DNA from: Eledone cirrhosa
Taxonomy: Eukaryota
Assembly (NCBI GenBank): GCA_964016885.1
Contig: OZ024741.1
Location: 137,640,001-137,704,000 of the forward strand
Direction: 5' to 3'
DNA length: 64,000 nt
In this document: positions 54,236-64,000 of the stretch, one piece after another
Numbering within the stretch: position 1 is the stretch's first letter
How the letters are laid out: each line of letters opens with the position of its first letter
Program-made: the position numbers and the translations under genes
The notes under the pieces: generated by a model
Databases searched by the model: none
Told to the model about the DNA's origin: nothing
What the model saw: only the letters and a program-made list of their open reading frames with translations

Positions 54236-54304
<69 letters not shown>

Positions 54305-54563
54305 GTGTATATTATGTATGTATATATATATATGCATAAAATTGAAAATAAATTTTTATGTATTTCTTTTGTATATATATATATATGTGTGTGTATATGT
54401 GTATATGCGTGTATGTATGTATGTGTGTATATATAGATATGTATATGTGTGCGTGTATATACATATATATATGTGTGTGTGTGTAGTTGTGTATATGTGT
54501 GTATATATATATATGTATATGTGTATGTATATGTGTATATGTATATGTATTTACATATATATA

Positions 54564-54630
<67 letters not shown>

Positions 54631-55240
54631 GTGTGTATGTGCGTGCGTGTGTACGTACTTATGCGTATGTGTGTATGTAACTTTATAGTTTTTATATTTA
54701 TGTTTTTATCTTTAAGAAATTTTTATACTATATGCATGTATATGTATTTGTATGTATATATTCCTTTGTGTCTGTGGTGTGTTTATTTGTATGGGGTGTG
54801 CTTGTATATTTTTATGTATGCGTATGCGTGTGTGTATATGTGTGTGTGTATATGTATATATATATATGTGTGTGTGTGTATGTACACACACACATATATA
54901 TATATATATATGTGTGTGTATATATATATATTTATATATATATATATTTAGGGTTTTTTTTGCGCATTTGCTTACCACGTGCGTTTGTTCATTTATTATT
55001 ATTATTTTTTTTTTATTTTTATTATTTTAATTTTTATTTTAAATTTTGCCGTCTTGTATCGCTGTCAACTTAATATTTTTTATTTGCTTATTTTTTATTT
55101 GCTTATTTGTATGTGACGGCCTACTATGATTATTTTTTCTTATTTGTGTGTGCATATGTATCCTTTTATATGTGAGTACGTATGCATGTGTGTATATATG
55201 TGTGTATGTATGTGTGTATGCATGTGTGTGTGTATATATG

Positions 55241-55271
<31 letters not shown>

Positions 55272-55336
55272 GTATGTGTGTGCATGTATATATATATGTA
55301 TATATATATGCATGTATATATATACTTACACATATA

Positions 55337-55443
<107 letters not shown>

Positions 55444-55473
55444 AGATCAAAAGATGGTTAAAAGAGTTCCAAG

Positions 55474-55534
55474 TATTATGCCCATTTCAAAAACAAATAT
55501 CATGGGATGATATCTGCGTTCTCATCGGATAAAC
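55474..55534 (-). ncRNA. Type I hammerhead (CCGATGA core) inside fold-back element 55435-55597
   Basis: Reverse complement: GTTTAT CCGATGA GAACGCAGATATCAT ccc ATGATATTTGTTTTT GAA ATGGGCAT A ATA. Confidence 0.7.
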
Positions 55535-55711
55535 ATTTTGAAATGCACATAATAAAATACTTGGAACTCTTTTAACCATCTTTTGATCTTATATTATTTA
55601 TACTCCAGTCCTATAAACTGTGCTACTTATCCGATATTTGCATTGATTTATTGTGCTACAATAAAACTCACCTATATATCTATATATATGTGTGGGTGTG
55701 TTTATGTATGG

Positions 55712-55766
<55 letters not shown>

Positions 55767-55973
55767 TATGTGTGTGTATATGTGTCCCTGTGTATATATA
55801 TATGTATATATGTGTGCATATATGTATATATATATGTATGTGTGTATATGTGAGTGTGTGTGCGTGAGTGTGTGTACGTGTGTGTTGTTATATATTCTTA
55901 TCTATTATCCCCCCCCCTTTTTGTTCCTCCAGCCTCACTTTCATATCCACTGTCAATAAAGACACCAGGATTT

Positions 55974-56034
55974 TTTCATTCCGATGAATGAAAGCAATTT
56001 TTGTTGCTTTCAAGAACCCCACTGGTAAATGAAA
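55974..56034 (+). ncRNA. Decayed type I hammerhead
   Basis: TTTCATT CCGATGA a TGAAAGCAA...TTGCTTTCA a GAAC CC cact GG T A AATGAAA. A15.1C lesion. Confidence 0.65.
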
Positions 56035-56179
56035 TAATTATCTATGTTGTTTATTACATAACTATATATATATATATATATATATATAGTAATAATAATA
56101 AATTTGAAGACTAAAATCCAAAGAGGGCTCGATAAGGATAAATATATATCAAATATATAAGAACCGTAGAGCAAATATT

Positions 56180-56730
<551 letters not shown>

Positions 56731-56749
56731 ATCATAACTTGTGTGTTAC

Positions 56750-57245
<496 letters not shown>

Positions 57246-57289
57246 TCCATATAAATATATATATATATATAGTTAATAAATGAAATAGA

Positions 57290-58940
57290 ACAAAACACAG
57301 GAGGAAAAATTGCATAGTTATATTAGGTTTACGCCAGGAGGGAGCGGATGGGTTTCAACGTTTCTGAGTAAAGTCCTTCATAAGGAAAGTTCGGAAATAG
57401 GCGTATGAGTAGTGTGAGAAGGTTAGAAAAAGAAGTTAAAAAAATTAAAAAAGAAAAAAATGTGAAAGGAGGTATGAAAGATCTGGCCGGGGGGCCAGAG
57501 TGGAGAGTATGGAGGAGGTGTTGGTGTGGTTTTGTGTGTATGAGGCTTCAGTATATATGTTTTTCTGGCGTGGGTGTCCCAGTGTCCTATATAATGAAGT
57601 GTGCACACCGGTAAGTGTGTGTGCATGCCTGTGAGATTTTAGTTTTGTACGTGTGTGTACAGGTGTGTATGTGGGGCTTTTTCTGTAGTTTCTATATAGG
57701 TCAATGTTTACTATTGTGTGTGTGTGTATTATTACGTGTGTGTAGAATGAGTGTGTATACAAACGGGTGATTTAAAAAAATTTCTATGTGTGTGAGTGTG
57801 TATGTATGTGTGTATATATGTCTGTGTTGGTAGCTGTGTATTATCTTTTGTGTATTAGAGTTTTGTGTGTGTGTATGTGTTAATGTTTGTGTGTGTTTGT
57901 GTGTCCATCGTTATGTATGTGTTGTTTCTATTGTTTTTACGTAGTTGAGTGTGAAATATAGCGGGCTTGTGTGTATTTCCACGTGTATGTCGGATTATTC
58001 CACGTGTATGTTTGTATTCACGTGAGTGTTATGGTTGTGTTTGGTCAGTAGCGGAAATATATTATATATATGTGTGAGAGGGTGGAAGTGTCGGGCGACT
58101 GGTGACCGGCTGCCGAGCCGGATGTCCCGGAGGTGTTTGGAAGAACCGATCCGCCAATCGACGTCATATCTACCCGACGTAGGCAGGTTCACATAACGTG
58201 TAATAAACCCGTAGACAAGGCTGGAGGAGGTGCAGCCGAAGAAGTGCCAGACTCGGAGAGATTGGTCACTGGGCCCCTGGAAGGTGGTGGTATTGGTAAT
58301 ATGAGGAATGTGTGGGAGCGGGATTGGGAGCATGGGAGTGTTCCGGGGGAGGATTTGGGTGAGGAAGGGAGCTTCAGATGAGTTGGTTCCAGAGGTTGCG
58401 TGTGCGCTTAAAGGAGCGGAGGGGTGGGAAGCCAGATAAAGGGGCTGAGCCCCTAAGTCCTCAGTTCGGCTGCATAGATGACGGAGTCGGGGAAATTGGG
58501 AGTAAGGATGGAGTCTTTAGTGTGGGTGGAGTGAGAGGAGGTGAAATCGTTAAATACGGTGGAGGTGATGAGTGAACGATGTGAGGGGTCTATGGAGACA
58601 GAAATGTACAGGAAGTAAACGGAGGTGATGGAGATGAAGTGAAGTCAAGGGTTGGGTGGAAGGAGCAAAGGAATAGGAGAAAAGAGTCAGCTGTTCTCAG
58701 GTGGCTGAAGTGGCGTCAATGCAGTCCTCAATGTAACGACCGTATAGCTCAGGGACGGTGCCGGTGTATTAGTTAAAGATTTGGGCCTCAACGTAGCCGA
58801 CGAATAGGTTGCCGAGGTTAGGGCCCATTCTTGTACACATGGCTAACCCGGTTACCTGTTGGTAGAACTCACCCCAGAAGGAAAACCAGTTGAGAGTGAC
58901 GACTAGCTCGGCGAGGCGGATGAGGGTGGAGGTAGATGGT
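57290..58940 (-). mobile_element. Neptune-like PLE fragment (RT, GIY-YIG, tail; decayed HHR at 57353-57388)
   Basis: LIRLAELVVTLNWFSFWGEFYQQVTGLAMCTRMGPNLGNLFVG and HLRDIRLGSRSPVARHF. HHR reverse complement: TTTC CTTATGA A GGA ctttac TCA GAAAC GTT GAAA. Confidence 0.85.
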
Positions 58941-59039
58941 AGTAATTTTAGTGGTAATGATATTAATAATGATAATGATAACTGCCGCATAAATTACCCC
59001 AATCAACAGATGGTGTCACATTAAAAACACTGGTGCTAG

Positions 59040-60195
59040 TGGCAGAAGCAGTTGAAAAGGGACCTTAAGAAAGCTACATGGAGAATGCTACTGGTCGCAT
59101 AGGAGCAAGCTCTTAGAACAAGCAGATGTGGATCGCCTCTACCTCCTTAGACGAAACGGAGGTATAGGAATGATACATCTAGAGCTTGGATACAGGATAT
59201 CGCCAATGGACTCAATCAGTACCTTACAACCACATATTACTGGATGATAAAAATGGGCGCAGTTCACGAAGGGAGGAAGGGGTTACATTCAATTACAAAG
59301 AAAAATAGGAAGTTTACGGAAGAACTGGGAATACAGTTTGAAAATAATAATGGTGATTCGGCAGCAATTAAAGCCGTAAAGAATATCAAAATGTTGTCAA
59401 AATATGAAGGCCAACAGAGACTTTGAAATAATTAGGAGCGAAAACAAGTGCATGATTAGTATATTCTCCGTAGCAAAAAACCTGATGTAAATGAAGCTCT
59501 CACCCATCAGCAGATGGAGAGTTCTGGGCTAAAGGCAAAGAGTGAGGTCTTCATTTTGACTGCACAAGACGAGTGTTTCCCAATGCGCAATTTTCAAGCT
59601 AATGTGATCAGAAATGGAATTGATCAAAAGTGTCGGTTCTGTGATGAGCATGTTGAGACCTTAAACCACCTGGTTTCAGGCTGCAAGGTATTAGTTGTCA
59701 GGAATATAAAACGAGGTATGCTAGAGTGGGGCAATACTTATACTGGGTAATGTGCAGTTTTTATGTTCTGAAAATGGTTCAACCTTCACCCAGATGCAGT
59801 AACAGTAAGTGAGAACGCGACAATCCTCTGGTCATCTGGGATTTCCCTGTGAATACTGACAGAACAATCACGGCCAACAGACCTGATATAATTGTGAAGG
59901 ACTATAAAGAGAAAACATGTTTCTTAATTGACACGAACATTCCATCAGATCGTAACATCTGTTTGAAACAGTTCGGAAAGTTCAGTATGTATAAAGATCT
60001 ATCAATTGAAATTGAGAAAATGTGGCATCTCAAGGGCTGTACAATACCAGTGATAGTCGGCGCACTTGGAATGATAAAAAAGAGTACTGAAAATATTTGG
60101 ACCAGATACCTGGAAAGCCATCGCTGTAAGAAATACAGAAAATAGCGTTGACTGGCACTGCCCATGTCCTAAGAAGGGAATTATCAATTTAAAAA
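59040..60195 (+). mobile_element. 3' fragment of an RLE-bearing (R4/Dong-like) non-LTR retrotransposon
   Basis: CRFCDEHVETLNHLVSGC zinc knuckle, NRPDIIV...LIDTNIP...KYKDL-like endonuclease, and IPVIVGALG. Confidence 0.85.
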
Positions 60196-61082
60196 CTTTT
60201 CAAGGACATTTACTGTTGTTTGTGCTCTGGTGGCCTTATTCGTGTGACAATTGGTTGTAAAATGTATGTATTATCACATTTCCCCTCAATTGCCAGGTTG
60301 ACATTCGGCATGATTTGGAAAGAAATATAATTCAAAGGAAGTTTCAAATCATACTTATTACACTAAAATATAAACACCAATTAACGGCTTCTTGTCGCTT
60401 TTTTGTACCAGTATACTCTAAGACAATCTCAACAACCATAAGATTTCAAAAAACACTGTCACACGTCATAGAATTATTGTTGACGTTTTGATAATTCGGT
60501 TTCCACAAGAATTATTTCTTGAAAGCCCACAAATCTGATGTGGACACAACACAAAGAGCCATAATCAATATACCAGAAATAACAACTGATCTCCATATTT
60601 TCACGAAACACTTTCTTTCGTCATTGACTGTCATTAAATTACAGCATATAATTTTCATGACAGGATCTGTGGGAGTTGAAGAAAGTAAGATAAAAATGGC
60701 GACCAGCCCTTGTTCATGATGCCTCCTCATCTTCTTTGAGAAGGAGGGACGCCGCTGCAGTTTTCGTAACAAATTCCATTGGCAAAATACTGGAAAATAC
60801 GAGACTATGTTAGATGGCATTTGCCTAAATTACTGTACCAGTAGTCTTAGCCACATACGGTGTTCCAGTCAAAATTGGTTGCTATACTACGGCTTTAAAC
60901 TCATAATTGGGTCGCAGGGGTGTTGTAGTAATATACAGCGTGACATGGGCAATTAAACGCAGCGGTACTCATCCTTTTCCAGATGGGATCACAGTCAAAT
61001 CAGTGGAGACAAGAGAGCGAGCGGAGAGAATCCAATCATGTACTGAGTGTTTCTTTTATTTATTTGACCTCTAAAATCATGT

Positions 61083-61605
61083 AATCATCATCATCCGGCT
61101 GTCTCAGCCTAAATGGACTCAGCAATTGATTTTCACGTCGGTCTGTCATTCATTGCCGTTCCAAGTCCTGGATTTCAATACCAGAATCTCTAGAGATGAC
61201 ATCGGGATAGGAGAGATTGCGCCCCTTTTTATTAGTGACTGCTTGTGGTTTCCAAAGCACTAGTGGGGACACAGCCTCATAGGTGGCACGATGGCAGAGG
61301 CCAGTAAATCTTACTCTCCTTTTACATACAACGACAGATATGCGTGAGAGGTCGGCATATATGTCTCTCAAAGTCAGAAGGCGTCAGCTTATGTCCGGAA
61401 TGCTTTGAAGCGGGCGAGTGTAGGTGCCATCAAGGTGCTTTTGTTGTTTGAATGAAAGCGACCATGTTTCACTTCCATATAGTAAGGTTGGTTGAATTGT
61501 TATTTGGAAAAGTCTGATCTTGGTACGGGTGGAAAGATTTGATCACCAAACTCGATCGATCTTGTTGCAAACTGACCATGCTTGGGCCTTTCTGGTGGCA
61601 AAATG
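61083..61605 (-). mobile_element. RTE-like LINE 3' fragment with (GAT)n tail
   Basis: Minus strand reads LLYGSETWSLS and RRVRFTGLCHR...LVLWKP. AATCATCATCATC at the 3' end. Confidence 0.8.
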
Positions 61606-62202
61606 ATGTAAGGTACAATGTACCTCAGCAGGAATTGAACTAAGAGCACAGAGAACAAGGACTGAATACCGCGGAATATGTACTGCTTACTGAATAAATT
61701 TATTGGAATATTTTTCCATCTGCGAGAGCCTCCATAGATTTGTATATTTTAAATTGTATTTCATAAAACTTCATAAAATATAGATTGTCATAAAATTTTA
61801 AATCACGAACAAATTTTTCGATGCATTGAAAATATTTCTTTCAAGTTATTGACGAATAAAAATAGAAAACCAAAAAAATGTCGAAATATATTCAAAGAGA
61901 TCATAAAAACAAAAGCAACTATATATGAAAATAATCCAATCCCCGAAAACAAACCGTTAGTGTTTCATGAAGTAGGACACATCATATCATAGACTGTATA
62001 ACATTAGGGGTCAACCTGTCAAATATTACAACCTCTTCCTCCTTCTATAAATCATTCTATGGCGTACATATATATCTATACACTTATCTTTGTGCGTAGA
62101 TGTGTGTGTGTATATGTCTCTCTCTCTCTCTATATATATATATACAATGTATGTCTACATATATATATATATATATATATATACTATATCATATAAGCCT
62201 GA

Positions 62203-62337
<135 letters not shown>

Positions 62338-62824
62338 ATGTGTATATATACATGTAAAGAGAGAGAGAGATCTCATATTGATTAATACCGGAAAGATGAT
62401 TTAAATGCTATCCTCCAAAAATATAGGAGACCTGATTCCAATGCTTACAAAATAGTTTACATAGAATTTACCCACGGGTTTGATGGTGCTATTAAACCAG
62501 ATGGCGGATATAGTATGATATTTCAATAAAACACTTTATCTCAACTAAGTGTTGCTTTCCAATTCGTATCTACTATTCCATATTCTGATTAGTCGATCCG
62601 TGTTCCTTTTCTTTAGTGCGCAAGACATTGTATTTTCACAGTTGTATTTGTGTTTTCTATTTGTATTTGGTAAAGTGCTGCCCTATGTACAACCATGGCT
62701 ACGGAAATCAAAACATCAGTTCCCTCGATACCCGATACTGTATATTAGATTACCGCCTGGCAACGTTGTCTTCTACTATAGCCTCGGGCTGAATAATTAC
62801 CGTACACATGCAGCCACACACACA

Positions 62825-62895
<71 letters not shown>

Positions 62896-62907
62896 GCACG
62901 GTCGCAA

Positions 62908-62973
<66 letters not shown>

Positions 62974-63072
62974 GCACGGTCGCAAATACACTCGCATATA
63001 TATATATATATATATATATGTAAGTATGTATGTATACGTACATACATATATGTATACAGACGTACAGTAGCA

Positions 63073-63150
<78 letters not shown>

Positions 63151-63297
63151 CAGGTAGACATTTTCATTCTATTACAACTTATCGTTTTCGGTGCACCTGG
63201 CCGAACTCACTCGATATGCAAATTAGGCTGCTCAGCCGTTAATTTTCATAAGGAAAGTATATACTTTCGAACGTTCAACCATCTGGCAGAAGGGTAT

Positions 63298-63340
63298 ACG
63301 GTGCTGATGATAGCTAACAAGCTTGAAACTAGTACATCGT
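63298..63340 (+). ncRNA. Minimal type I hammerhead, intact core
   Basis: ACGGTG CTGATGA T AGC taacaa GCT T GAA ACTAGT A CATCGT. GUA site after 63334. Confidence 0.88.
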
Positions 63341-63490
63341 TCCTGTGTCAGTGTTGAACAAAAAGGTGACGTGGTTGCCTTAATACCGTACGGCATAAAT
63401 TCAGGCTGTCCGCTTGTTTACAAACGGACAAAGCGGGTGTTATAATAAACGTCCGCTAAACTGATACGTACATATATGTATGTGTACCTG

Positions 63491-63532
<42 letters not shown>

Positions 63533-63768
63533 TGCTACTGTACGTCTGTATACATATATGTATGTACGTATACATACATACTTACATTTAAGTAAGTGCC
63601 GTACTAAGAGTGATAAATGAAATTTCGTTTTCATTCTATTACAACTTATCGTTTTCGGTGCACCTGGCCGACTGAACTCACTCGATATGCAAATTAGGCT
63701 GCTCAGCCGTTAATTTTCATAAGGAAAATATATACTTTCGAACGTTCAACCATCTGGCAGAAGGGTAT

Positions 63769-63811
63769 ACGGTGCTGATGATAGCTAAGAAACTTGAAAC
63801 TAGTACATCGT
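63769..63811 (+). ncRNA. Minimal type I hammerhead, second tandem copy
   Basis: ACGGTG CTGATGA T AGC taagaa ACT T GAA ACTAGT A CATCGT. One stem II mismatch; site after 63805. Confidence 0.85.
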
Positions 63812-63961
63812 TCCTGTGTCAGTGTTGAACAAAAAGGTGACGTGGTTGCCTTAATACCGTACGGCATAAATTCAGGCTGTCCGCTTGTTTACAAACGGAC
63901 AAAGCGGGTGTTATAATAAACGTCCGCTAAACTGATACGTACATATATGTATGTGTACCTG

Positions 63962-64000
<39 letters not shown>

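Larger units (their letters stand above)
63018..64000 (+). mobile_element. Non-coding 471-bp tandem repeat with hammerheads (retrozyme-like), preceded by an inverted partial unit
   Basis: 63164-63495 recurs at about 63630-63966. 63018-63156 is the reverse complement of 63485-63587. Runs to the window end. Confidence 0.8.

Noticed and set aside
60512-60820. 102-aa ORF as a possible host exon or transposase piece
   Set aside because: No recognisable motif or splice support.

Overview
AT-rich eukaryotic (metazoan) non-coding DNA packed with (TA)n/(CA)n/(TAA)n microsatellites and decayed transposons. The repeat landscape resembles a cephalopod (octopus-like) genome, which is an inference. No host protein-coding exon could be supported. 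Most ORFs in the track are microsatellite artefacts; the real coding remnants belong to RTE, L1/Tx1 and R4-like (RLE) LINEs, a mariner, and several Penelope-like elements (PLEs; Naiad-like and Neptune-like GIY-YIG/RT). The main result is an RNA-level one: about 19 hammerhead-ribozyme (HHR) motifs, intact or decayed, sit in PLE tails inserted into (TA)n tracts. Three copies of a Naiad-associated motif (3612, 24244, 50019) fit a non-circularly permuted, pseudoknotted hammerhead with a kink-turn, supported by covariation. A non-coding 471-nt tandem repeat with one HHR per unit (63164 to the window end) looks like a retrozyme that could yield circular RNA. Many short fold-back palindromes turn around at or next to an HHR. 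All structures were folded by eye and none is experimentally verified. Boundaries of decayed elements are approximate.
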